DNA of 64,000 nt, taken from Undibacterium sp. GTDB taxonomy: Bacteria > Pseudomonadota > Gammaproteobacteria > Burkholderiales > Burkholderiaceae_D. A model generated the notes under the pieces. It ran no database searches, had not been told where the DNA came from, and was given only the letters and a program-made list of their open reading frames with translations. The stretch's first letter is position 1, and every line of letters begins with the position of its first letter. Location of the stretch: assembly GCA_030645915.1 (NCBI GenBank), contig JAUSNO010000004.1, positions 5,269 through 69,268 on the forward strand, given 5' to 3'. A program made the translations under genes and the position numbers. This document shows positions 8,388 through 16,740 of this stretch, one piece after another.

Positions 8388-10527
8388 GGCGCCAATCCTG
8401 ATAGCGCGCTACCCAGGCCAGCAGCTTATGCGGCGTATGCGCCTTAGCCCAGACGCCTGCTGCATACTTGTTCGCCTCAGACATGGTCGGATAGGTGTGG
8501 ATGGTGCCAAGAATTTTTTTCAAGCCCAGGCCATGCTTCATCGCCAGCACGTATTCGGCCAGCAGATCGCCGGCATGTTCACCGACGATAGTCACGCCCA
8601 GAATCTTGTCGCTGCCCGCCGCAGTCAGCACCTTGATGAAGCCATGCGCTACATCGTCGGCAATCGCGCGGTCCAGCTCGTCCAGATCAAAACGGCTGAC
8701 CTCGACCGCGATGCCCCGTTCTTTGGCTTCGCTTTCAGACAAGCCCACGCGCGCCACTTCAGGATCGGTAAATGTGGTCCACGGTATCACGCGGTAATCG
8801 ACCTTGAAGCGCTTCAGGTTGCCGAACAGCGCGTTGACCGAGGCGTACCAGGCCTGATGCGCGGCGGTATGGGTGAACTGGAAAGGGCCGGCCACATCAC
8901 CGCAGGCCAGGATGTTGGGGTAATTGGTTTGCAGATACTCGTCCACGGCGATGGTTTTCTTGGGTGACAGCTGCACGCCGAGTTCTTCCAGCCCAAAGCC
9001 TTCGGTACGCGGGGCGCGGCCGACAGCGCACAGCAGGACATCAAACTCTATGGTTTTTTCCTGATCACCATGCTTGACGATCAGGCGCTTGCTGCCGTCC
9101 ACCAGTTCGCAGCGTACCGCCTGGTGCGAGGTCAGCAAGTCTATGCCATCGGCCAGCAAAGAGCGGCTGACCAGCTCGGACACTTCGGGGTCTTCGCGCA
9201 GCATGACGCGCGCCGCCATTTCCACCTGTGTGACCTTAGAGCCCAGGCGGGCAAAACTTTGCGCCAGTTCGCACCCTATCGGGCCACCGCCCAGCACCAC
9301 CAGCCGTGGCGGTAGCTGCGTCAAGCCCCAGATCGTGTCCGAGGTTTCATAGCCGACCAGATCCAGACCGGGGATGGGCGGTACAAAGGGACGCGCACCG
9401 GTAGCGATGACGATGCTGCGCGTACTCAGCACCTGCCGGCCTGCCGGCGTGGTGATTTCTACCGTCCATGGCGAAGTAATTTTTGCCTGCCCCTGCACGA
9501 CATCCACCCCCAACCCCGTATAGCGCTCGACCGAGTCATGCGGTTCTATGGCCGTGATGATTCGGTGCACGCGCTGCATCACCCTGGCAAAATCCACCTC
9601 GACGCTGGCGCCGGCCATGCCGTAGGTCGCGGCCAGGCTGTTTTGCTTGACGAACTTGGCCGAGCGAATCAAGGCCTTCGACGGCACGCAGCCAAAATTA
9701 AGACAGTCGCCACCCATCTTATGGCCTTCAACCAAAGTCACCTTGGCCTTGACGGTGGCGGCGATCAGGGAGGTGACCAGGCCGGCGGCACCGCCGCCGA
9801 TGACGATCAGATTACGGTCGAATTTTTTCGGCCTGTTCCAGCGCGCAACCACGCGCCGCGCCTTGAACCATAAAGTGATCTTGCGCGCGATGATGGGGAA
9901 CACGCCGAGCAAGACAAACGAGCCTATCAGCGGCAGCGACAGGATGCCGCGCAGACTGTCGATCTGGCCGAGCTGGGTGCCGGCATTCACATACACGACG
10001 GTGCCGGCCAGCATGCCGATCTGGCTGACCCAGAAATAAGTCCAGGTGCGGATCGCGGTCAGGCCCATGAGCAGATTGACCAGAAAGAACGGCGCCACCG
10101 GCACGATGCGCAACATGAATAAATAGAAGGCGCCCTCCTGTGCAATGCCGGCGTCAATCGCGCCCAGTCTGGCGCCAAATTTTTGCCTGACCCAGTCGCG
10201 CAACAGGTAGCGCGACGACAAAAATGCCAGCGTCGCCCCGATGGTTGAGGCGAATGAGACCAGCAGCGTGCCTACGGCTAATCCGAACAAGGCACCGCCG
10301 GCCAGCGTGACCACTGCCGCACCAGGAAAAGATAGTGCACACACCGTGACGTAAATGCCGAAATACAGCGCCATCGTCAGCAAGGGGTGCGCCGCATAAT
10401 ACGCGGCAAACGACTGCTGGCTGCTCTTGATAAACGCCAGGCTGGCATACTGCCCGAGATCAAGCCAGAAAAACGCAGCGATACCGGCAGCAAGAAGTGC
10501 CAGCAGCGCCAGCTTGCTACGCGTCAT
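8380..10527 (-). CDS. bifunctional TVP38/TMEM64 (DedA-like) membrane domain / FAD-dependent disulfide oxidoreductase
   Basis: N-terminal multi-TM SNARE-associated-type domain of about 230 aa, then IVIGGGAAG, a redox-active GGDCLNFGCVPSK motif, VVLGGGPIGCE, and a C-terminal dimerisation-type domain. The start at MTRSKLALL (10527) overlaps the arsS stop. Confidence 0.8.
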   Translation of the reverse strand: MTRSKLALLALLAAGIAAFFWLDLGQYASLAFIKSSQQSFAAYYAAHPLLTMALYFGIYVTVCALSFPGAAVVTLAGGALFGLAVGTLLVSFASTIGATLAFLSSRYLLRDWVRQKFGARLGAIDAGIAQEGAFYLFMLRIVPVAPFFLVNLLMGLTAIRTWTYFWVSQIGMLAGTVVYVNAGTQLGQIDSLRGILSLPLIGSFVLLGVFPIIARKITLWFKARRVVARWNRPKKFDRNLIVIGGGAAGLVTSLIAATVKAKVTLVEGHKMGGDCLNFGCVPSKALIRSAKFVKQNSLAATYGMAGASVEVDFARVMQRVHRIITAIEPHDSVERYTGLGVDVVQGQAKITSPWTVEITTPAGRQVLSTRSIVIATGARPFVPPIPGLDLVGYETSDTIWGLTQLPPRLVVLGGGPIGCELAQSFARLGSKVTQVEMAARVMLREDPEVSELVSRSLLADGIDLLTSHQAVRCELVDGSKRLIVKHGDQEKTIEFDVLLCAVGRAPRTEGFGLEELGVQLSPKKTIAVDEYLQTNYPNILACGDVAGPFQFTHTAAHQAWYASVNALFGNLKRFKVDYRVIPWTTFTDPEVARVGLSESEAKERGIAVEVSRFDLDELDRAIADDVAHGFIKVLTAAGSDKILGVTIVGEHAGDLLAEYVLAMKHGLGLKKILGTIHTYPTMSEANKYAAGVWAKAHTPHKLLAWVARYQDWRRG

Positions 10528-11498
10528 GCTGCAGCCTTGGCGCCGGGCGCGAGTGCGCCGCCGCAACTGCTGCCTTGCCCTGCGGTGCAGCCATAACAAT
10601 GATCGGCGATGGCGATGGCGCGGCCGTCAAGATGCTGACCCGGCAGATCGCGCAGATGCGCCCTTGGCGTATTCTCCAGCCGCATCGGCATGCCCAGCAT
10701 CTGGTTGAAATCGCAATCGTAAAGATAACCCTGATGGTCCACGCTGACCATGCTCTTGCACATCAGGCCAGCCATATTCTCTTGCTTGAAATTATCCTTG
10801 AGCAGCGTCATGTAGTCGGCAAACTTGCCCTTGGAAATGAGCGTGCTGCCAAAGCGCTGGATCGGCATGTTTGCCAGCGCAAACAGTTGCGTGAAGCTGA
10901 TACCGAAATGCTTGGCCAGTTCGCGCTTGTAATCGAGTTCCAGTTTTTCCTGATCGGGCGGCAGCGTTGCCCCCAGCGGGTTATACACCAGGTTTAATGG
11001 CTTGCTGGCGCCGTAGCCCAGCGCATTGAGTTTTTGCAGGCCCGCGATGCTTTTGTCGAACACGCCGTCACCACGTTGCTTGTCGACGTTTTCCTGTGAA
11101 TAGCAGGGCATCGATGCCGTCACCTCGACACCCTGCCCGGCCAGAAACTCGGCCAGATCCTCCTGGCCCGGCTCAAACAAAATGGTCAGATTGCAGCGGT
11201 CGATCACGCGTACGCCAAGCTCACGCGCCTCGGTCACCAGCCGTCTGAAATGCTGGTTCAGTTCCGGCGCGCCACCGGTCAGATCGAGCGTGCTCAGGCC
11301 GCATTCGTGCAACACCTTGATCACCAGGTCGACGGTCTCGCCATCCATCATCTCGGTGCGGGTAGGCCCGGCGTTGACGTGGCAATGCTGGCAAGTCTGG
11401 TTGCATTGATAGCCCAGGTTCACCTGCAGGGTGTCGAATTGTATGCGCCTGACGGGCGGAAAATCAGTCTTGCGCAGTAGCGGATAAGTGGCGTGCAT
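10524..11498 (-). CDS. arsS: radical SAM / Cys-rich domain protein, ArsS-like (TIGR04167-type)
   Basis: CNQTCQHC radical-SAM cluster motif near the N-terminus. Cys-rich C-terminal tail DHCYGCTAGQGSSCGG. Co-located with arsM and the two glycosyltransferase-like genes. Confidence 0.8.
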   Translation of the reverse strand: MHATYPLLRKTDFPPVRRIQFDTLQVNLGYQCNQTCQHCHVNAGPTRTEMMDGETVDLVIKVLHECGLSTLDLTGGAPELNQHFRRLVTEARELGVRVIDRCNLTILFEPGQEDLAEFLAGQGVEVTASMPCYSQENVDKQRGDGVFDKSIAGLQKLNALGYGASKPLNLVYNPLGATLPPDQEKLELDYKRELAKHFGISFTQLFALANMPIQRFGSTLISKGKFADYMTLLKDNFKQENMAGLMCKSMVSVDHQGYLYDCDFNQMLGMPMRLENTPRAHLRDLPGQHLDGRAIAIADHCYGCTAGQGSSCGGALAPGAKAAA

Positions 11499-11592
11499 GG
11501 CGTTTTTTGCTTTATATGGATAGATTAATGACGATAATGGCGACGAGTCGGACCATGAGTCGGAGCAAGCCCGGTGTTCCTTACACTATGCG

Positions 11593-12438
11593 TTAACTTT
11601 TCAGTACCGCCAGCCAGTGTTTTTGCCCATCGCTCAGCGCATTTTCATCGCACATCATGGCGTGCGACAAGGCGTTGCGAATCTCGGCCTCTTCGGGCGG
11701 CAAGGCATCACTGAGCATCTGTTGCAGCAATGCGCGCACCTTGTCCAGGCTCTGGCGGTACAGCGTAAAGATGGCATCCACCTGGACGTGCTGGCTAGGG
11801 TCTTCCATCCAGCAGTCATAATCGGTGGCGACACCTATCGTCGCATAGCAGATCTGCGCCTCGCGCGCCAGAAACGCTTCCGGCACATTGGTCATGCCAA
11901 CCAGATCGCAACCGGCCTGACGCAAGAAATGGCTCTCGGCGCGGGTGCCAAGACGCGGCCCTTCGACGCAGCCATACGTGGCGGCACGATGAATCCGCAG
12001 ATTAAGCTTGTTGGCATGCGACATAATCCAGCCGACCAGATTGGCGCTGACCGGGTTCGCGGTGGAGACATGCGCCGCTACGCCGCCACCAAAAAAACTC
12101 GCCTCGCGCCGACCACGGGTCCAGTCAAAATACTGCTCAGGCAAGGCCAGATCACCGGGCGCGATCTGTTCGCGCAGGCTACCGACGGCAGACACCCCGA
12201 TGATCTGCGTCGCGCCCAGTTGCTTGAGTGCATAAATGTTGGCGCGGTAATTGATCTCATGCGGCAACTGCTGATGCCCGGCGCCGTGGCGCGACAAGAA
12301 CAAGACTTCGTGCACGCCCAGTTTGCCCTTGAGTACCGGGCCGGAAGGGATACCAAACGGGGTGCTGCAGGCGATGGTGTCGAGCAGCTCCAGGCCGTCC
12401 ATCTGGTACACGCCGGTTCCACCTATGATTGCTAGCAT
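11593..12438 (-). CDS. MTAP-family purine nucleoside phosphorylase (5'-substituted adenosine phosphorylase)
   Basis: MLAIIGGTGVY N-terminus, LSRHG, and a GMTNVPEA block, typical of S-methyl-5'-thioadenosine phosphorylases. Confidence 0.85.
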   Translation of the reverse strand: MLAIIGGTGVYQMDGLELLDTIACSTPFGIPSGPVLKGKLGVHEVLFLSRHGAGHQQLPHEINYRANIYALKQLGATQIIGVSAVGSLREQIAPGDLALPEQYFDWTRGRREASFFGGGVAAHVSTANPVSANLVGWIMSHANKLNLRIHRAATYGCVEGPRLGTRAESHFLRQAGCDLVGMTNVPEAFLAREAQICYATIGVATDYDCWMEDPSQHVQVDAIFTLYRQSLDKVRALLQQMLSDALPPEEAEIRNALSHAMMCDENALSDGQKHWLAVLKS

Positions 12439-12538
12439 TGTTATTTTTCCTTCCGATATTGACTTGTACAGGCGTGAATATTACGTCAATTATCGTAAAA
12501 AGACTTTCTGCGCGATGTTTGCGCATGGCGGCAGAATT

Positions 12539-13267
12539 TTATGGCGTTGCGGCCTTAAGCGGGGGCAAAAACTCGATATCGCCAAACCATGCGGTGACGC
12601 TCTCTCCCGTGTTGTCGGTATCGCTGGCCAGCGCCACCGCCACGACATCAGGCGCCTCTTCGCCAAAGGCGAGACGGAAATCGGCGGTAAGGTCGCGCGT
12701 CTCTGTCACCCACAGTCCTGATTTTTCGGCCCCGCTTTGCAGCACCATCATACGCGCGCGGTCGGTATAGGTATTGGCTTGCAAGCTGCCAACCGGGTGC
12801 CGGTTATCCCAGACATAATTCAACGCGGCGGTAGGTATCTTCTGCGCATAAAATTTCTCGGCCAGCTGCAACTTGATGCGTGTGCCCAGGGACAATTTAT
12901 CTGCCGGATAGTCAAACATCACATAGATGCGCGCGGCATAATCATCGCCCGATTTTTTCGTCATGTCGGCGCTCTTGACGGGGCCGGCAATCTTCCAGCG
13001 CCAGCGCAACAAGGGCGTCTGCCGCAGATCGACACGCAGCGGGTGAATCAGCCCGGACATGGAATTTTTCGCCTCGGCCATCAGCACTACCTTGCCGTTG
13101 TCAGCGACCAGCCGGTACTGCGTGTCGGCCGCTTTGAGCGCCTGCCATCCAGTCACAGCGCCATCCGGCCGCATCTGCGAAAATGCGGGCACCACAGCCG
13201 TCGCTGCAATGGCGCTGCTCATCACCAAGGGCAACATGGCGATGGCAAATCGGACTGGCGTTTTCAT
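12539..13267 (-). CDS. exported DUF3047 domain protein
   Basis: The ATG at 13267 gives MKTPVRFAIAMLPLVMSSAIAATA (signal-like). LLRWRWKI and DDYAARIYVMFDY blocks are remembered as DUF3047 signatures. The track start at 13294 is a TTG. Confidence 0.6.
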   Translation of the reverse strand: MKTPVRFAIAMLPLVMSSAIAATAVVPAFSQMRPDGAVTGWQALKAADTQYRLVADNGKVVLMAEAKNSMSGLIHPLRVDLRQTPLLRWRWKIAGPVKSADMTKKSGDDYAARIYVMFDYPADKLSLGTRIKLQLAEKFYAQKIPTAALNYVWDNRHPVGSLQANTYTDRARMMVLQSGAEKSGLWVTETRDLTADFRLAFGEEAPDVVAVALASDTDNTGESVTAWFGDIEFLPPLKAATP

Positions 13268-13387
13268 AGGCAGGAAACACGGTTGATTAAACAAGATGAC
13301 ATTAGACCTGAGATTTCGGCCTAGGGCTCGTTAGCGAGTTGGCAGCGCAGAACGATTTTTTTGAAAAAAGGCACCACTGAATACCAA

Positions 13388-13441
13388 GCAAAATCGCCGC
13401 AAGACCAAGGATGTTCGTCCTCAGGCTTGCGGCGATTTTGC
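13388..13441 (-). terminator. perfect 16-bp stem hairpin downstream of proQ-like gene (possible terminator)
   Basis: GCAAAATCGCCGCAAG (13388-13403) pairs perfectly with CTTGCGGCGATTTTGC (13426-13441) around a 22-nt loop. No clean U-tract follows immediately on the minus strand. Confidence 0.4.
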
Positions 13442-13448
13442 TCTACCC

Positions 13449-13484
13449 GGCAGACACGCTTAACGGCAGACACGCTTAACGGCA
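13449..13484. repeat. 16-bp tandem repeat at the 3' end of the proQ-like gene
   Basis: GGCAGACACGCTTAAC at 13449-13464 and 13465-13480, then a partial GGCA. It ends 1 nt before the proQ-like stop codon. Confidence 0.7.
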
Positions 13485-13485
13485 A

Positions 13486-13953
13486 TCAGCCCTTGCGGGA
13501 AAATTTGCTCGCAAGCTGCTGCATTTTTTCTGCGGTCTGGCGTGCGGCCTCTTCTGCCGCTTTTACCGCCAGCGCCGCTTCTTCCAGGGCACGCTGTGCC
13601 TTGCGCTGATCGGCTACTTTCTTGGCGCGTTCGCGCAATACCGTGGTGGCGTGCGCGCGATGCAGATCAGTGACTTCTTCTGCCGCATTGCCCTCTAAAT
13701 CCACACGGTTCTTGGCTTTCTCCATGATCTTCAGGTAGCGCAGGGAATTGGTGTGTATGCCCAGAGCCACGCGCAAGGTCTTGCGGCTGACTTCGGGATA
13801 CAGGGCAAAGAGTTGCTTGTCGATACCGATCGTCAGTGGCATGTATTCACGGAAAGCGACGAACTTTTCTTGCAGATCTTTAAGCAAAGCGCGTGCTGGC
13901 TGACTTGGGCTGGGCGCGACGCTTGGGCTTGGACTAGTACTAGGCGTATTCAT
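13486..13953 (-). CDS. ProQ/FinO-domain RNA-binding protein
   Basis: LQEKFVAFREYMPLTIGIDKQLFALYPEVSRKTLRVALGIHTNSLRYLK matches the ProQ/FinO N-terminal domain pattern. The tail is Lys/Ala-rich. Confidence 0.7.
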   Translation of the reverse strand: MNTPSTSPSPSVAPSPSQPARALLKDLQEKFVAFREYMPLTIGIDKQLFALYPEVSRKTLRVALGIHTNSLRYLKIMEKAKNRVDLEGNAAEEVTDLHRAHATTVLRERAKKVADQRKAQRALEEAALAVKAAEEAARQTAEKMQQLASKFSRKG

Positions 13954-14120
13954 TGACGATAAATGGTTATTTTGTGTATCAGGTGGGGGAGAATATCACG
14001 GAGTCCTGTCACTGATACGTTTTTGCGCTGATTTAGCTTTCTGGAACGTGGCTTTTCTCACGCAAACTGCATATTTTTTATAGCCGTTTCAGCCACCATG
14101 CCACCTACCTGATCCAAGGG

Positions 14121-14207
14121 CCGCCCAGGGCATGCCCTGTCACGCAACTCCCATGCGGCTTTCCAGCCTGCCTGGCCTGCAGGGCGCATGGGGGTTGCGT
14201 GCTGGCG
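14121..14207. repeat. REP-like element (family A)
   Basis: ...GTCACGCAACTCCCATGCGGCTTTCCAGCCTGCCTGGCCTGCAGGGCGCATGGGGGTTGCGTGCTGG... Confidence 0.7.
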
Positions 14208-14288
14208 GCATCGTTTTTTGATTCTATGGCAGACATGAGCCGGGAAAGCACTGATGCCATCCTTACACCGGCTGTGATACGCTAAACC

Positions 14289-15815
14289 ATGATGAAGCTT
14301 TCCACCCCTGCACGTTCAACTGGCCAATCGGCCAGACAATGGCTATTGCTGGCCGTGCTGCTAGGCACAGCGACCGTTCTCGCCTATTGGCTTGACCCTT
14401 ATGTGTCGCTCACCAGTCAGGCCATGTTGTATGTGCTGGCCGTGGTGATCGCCTCATATACCTTGGGTTGGATCAAATCGGTGTTCTGTGCACTCGGTGC
14501 AGTGATGGCATTGAATTTCTTTTTTGTGCCGCCGCGCTTTACTTTTCAGGTGGAACGTTCGGAGCATTTTATTGCGCTGTTGACGATGCTGGTGGTGGCG
14601 CTGGTGATCAACCGGCTGGCGACCGGTTTGCGCCGCGAGACCGAGGCCGCACATCTGAACGAACGCCGCGCGCGCCAGTTGCAGGATCTGGCCATCGCGC
14701 TGGCCAATGCGCATACGGCGCAAGAAGTGCTGGCGCTGGCGCAGCGCGCGCTGGATGCGGAATTTACCGGCCCCTGCCTGGTGGCCCTGAATACCTCTGG
14801 CGATGAACTTGATCTCAAGACGGATCTGCCCACCGCTGTCAAAGATGGCCTGCGCTGCTGCATGAAAGAGGCGCGTGTGCTGGGGCCGGGTACCGAGCGC
14901 TGGCCGGGGCTGGATGCCTGGTATCTGCCGCTGGGCGAACAAGGCCAGATCTGTGGCGCGGTGTATATCCCTGCCGTTGCGGCAGATGACGAGAATGGCC
15001 GCGAACATGCGCGCGCATTGTGTACGATACTGGCGCAAGCCTTGTGGCGCTTGCGCCTGACCTCGTCGATGCTGGAGGCACAGGGCGAGGCGCAACGCCA
15101 GCAATTGCAAGCCATATTTTTAGCCGCGATCTCGCATGATTTGCGCACGCCGCTGGCGGTGGTGGTCGGTGCCGCGTCTGCCCTGCAAACCCAGCGCGCC
15201 AAGCTCGATCTGACCGAGCAGGATCGCCTGCTTGCCAGCATCGTCAGCGAGGCCAATTACCTCACCACGGTGACAGAAAATACCCTGCAACTGGTGCGCC
15301 TCTCTAACTCATCACAATTAATTCAACATGACTGGGAGTCGATAGAGGAAATCGTCGGCGCAGTGCTGGCAAGAGTGCGCCAGCGTGATCCTGGCCGGCG
15401 CATTATTTCCCAAGTCCCCAGCGACTTGCCGCTGGTCAAAGTTGACCCGGTATTGATCGCGCAATTGCTCGCCAATCTGCTCGATAACGCGCTGAAGTAC
15501 AGCGATGACAAGATTGACCTGACGGTCGATAGCGTGACGAACGGTTCTGAGCGGCAATTGCAAGTGTCCATCAAAGACAGAGGCCCCGGCATACCGAAGG
15601 CCGAACAACTGAGCATTTTTGCCGCGTATTCCAGACTGGATCACAACGACCAGTCCAGCCAGCGCGGTGCAGGTCTGGGCCTGGCGGTTTGCCGCGCCAT
15701 CGCCCTGGCGCATGGCGGCAGCCTGGTCTTGCAGCAGCGCGCTGGCGGTGGCAGCAGCTTTACGCTGAGCTTGCCGGTCGATCCAAAGCAGCCGCAAGCC
15801 CTGGGAGCAGCTTGA
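14289..15815 (+). CDS. KdpD-like sensor histidine kinase lacking the N-terminal KdpD/Usp module (DUF4118-GAF-like-HisKA-HATPase)
   Basis: The membrane block ...FFFVPPRFTF... is paralogous to kdpD (FFFVPPRFSF at 23955..26738). H-box AISHDLRTPL, and a G-box GAGLGLAVCRAIALAHGG. Confidence 0.85.
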   Translation: MMKLSTPARSTGQSARQWLLLAVLLGTATVLAYWLDPYVSLTSQAMLYVLAVVIASYTLGWIKSVFCALGAVMALNFFFVPPRFTFQVERSEHFIALLTMLVVALVINRLATGLRRETEAAHLNERRARQLQDLAIALANAHTAQEVLALAQRALDAEFTGPCLVALNTSGDELDLKTDLPTAVKDGLRCCMKEARVLGPGTERWPGLDAWYLPLGEQGQICGAVYIPAVAADDENGREHARALCTILAQALWRLRLTSSMLEAQGEAQRQQLQAIFLAAISHDLRTPLAVVVGAASALQTQRAKLDLTEQDRLLASIVSEANYLTTVTENTLQLVRLSNSSQLIQHDWESIEEIVGAVLARVRQRDPGRRIISQVPSDLPLVKVDPVLIAQLLANLLDNALKYSDDKIDLTVDSVTNGSERQLQVSIKDRGPGIPKAEQLSIFAAYSRLDHNDQSSQRGAGLGLAVCRAIALAHGGSLVLQQRAGGGSSFTLSLPVDPKQPQALGAA

Positions 15816-16498
15816 TGAACATGCGCGTTCTGGTGGTGGAAGATGACAAGGAGATCCGTGCCTTCATCCGCTCATCCTTGTCGATAGAGGGTTATGAAGT
15901 GCAGACGGCAGTCTCCATCAGCGAAGCCAGGGCGATGTTGCAGCAGGCGTTACCCGACGTGATGGTGCTGGATCTGGGTTTGCCCGATGGCGACGGCATA
16001 GAGCTGGTGCGCGAAGTGCGCAAGCAGCATAACCTGCCGATCCTGATCGTCTCGGCCAGGCATCAGGAGGCGCAAAAAATCCTCCTGCTCGATGCCGGTG
16101 CCGATGATTTCCTGAGCAAGCCCTTTAGCGTAGGCGAGTTGCTGGCGCGCATACGCGTCGCCTTGCGGCACCGTGGCACTAGCTTGGCGGCAGCAGTCAC
16201 CGAATATGTGCTGGACGATTTGCGCATCGATCTGGCCTCGCACGTAGTGCAATGCCGCGGCGAAGTGCTGCACCTGACGCCGACCGAATTCAAGCTGCTG
16301 GCCAGGCTGGTACGCAGCGCCGGGCGCGTAGTCACGCACAGGCAATTGCTGAGCGATGTCTGGGGCAATGAGTTCATCGACCACACCCATTATCTGCGTC
16401 TTTACATGGCGCAATTGCGCGCCAAGATAGAAGAGAATCCGGCCGAGCCGCGCTATCTGCTGACCGAGACCGGGGTCGGTTATCGGCTGGCTATTTGA
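15815..16498 (+). CDS. OmpR-family response regulator, KdpE paralogue
   Basis: MNMRVLVVEDD..., VLDLGLPDGDG receiver, and a C-terminal HLTPTEFKLL...YLLTETGVGYRL, near-identical in pattern to kdpE. The ATG overlaps the kinase stop (TGATG at 15813-15817). Confidence 0.9.
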   Translation: MNMRVLVVEDDKEIRAFIRSSLSIEGYEVQTAVSISEARAMLQQALPDVMVLDLGLPDGDGIELVREVRKQHNLPILIVSARHQEAQKILLLDAGADDFLSKPFSVGELLARIRVALRHRGTSLAAAVTEYVLDDLRIDLASHVVQCRGEVLHLTPTEFKLLARLVRSAGRVVTHRQLLSDVWGNEFIDHTHYLRLYMAQLRAKIEENPAEPRYLLTETGVGYRLAI

Positions 16499-16532
16499 TT
16501 TGTTTTGCGCTCTTTTTTTGAATCAAAAAACT

Positions 16533-16620
16533 GTCCACGAAAAACACGAAAGACACGAAAAAAACCAAGAATAAACGAATGGTTTTGACTTCTTTCGTGC
16601 CTTTCGTGTTTTTCGTGGAC
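16533..16620. repeat. CACGAAA fold-back element (family B)
   Basis: GTCCACGAAAAACACGAAAGACACGAAA (16533-16560) is inverted against TTTCGTGCCTTTCGTGTTTTTCGTGGAC (16593-16620). Lies between the response regulator and kup. Confidence 0.8.
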
Positions 16621-16740
16621 AAAAGCATTGAATGTTTGAGCAACAAAACCCACCATCATTAGTACAAATAAATTTATCCATATGCGTTCCTAATACCGTT
16701 AGCGGGATAGTGGCATCCTGTTCATTAAGATTAGGTTGAT

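Noticed and set aside
10524-11498. Looked for an in-frame TGA (selenocysteine) and a SECIS-like hairpin in arsS, arsM and the reductases.
   Set aside because: All ORFs are continuous with Cys codons at the candidate positions. There is no interrupted frame that would need recoding.
16533-16620. Possible CRISPR array, suggested by the iterated CACGAAA-containing repeats here and at 33131, 36337 and 44181.
   Set aside because: Each locus is a single fold-back with two inverted arms, not direct repeats separated by unique spacers. The units are 7 nt and no cas genes are present.
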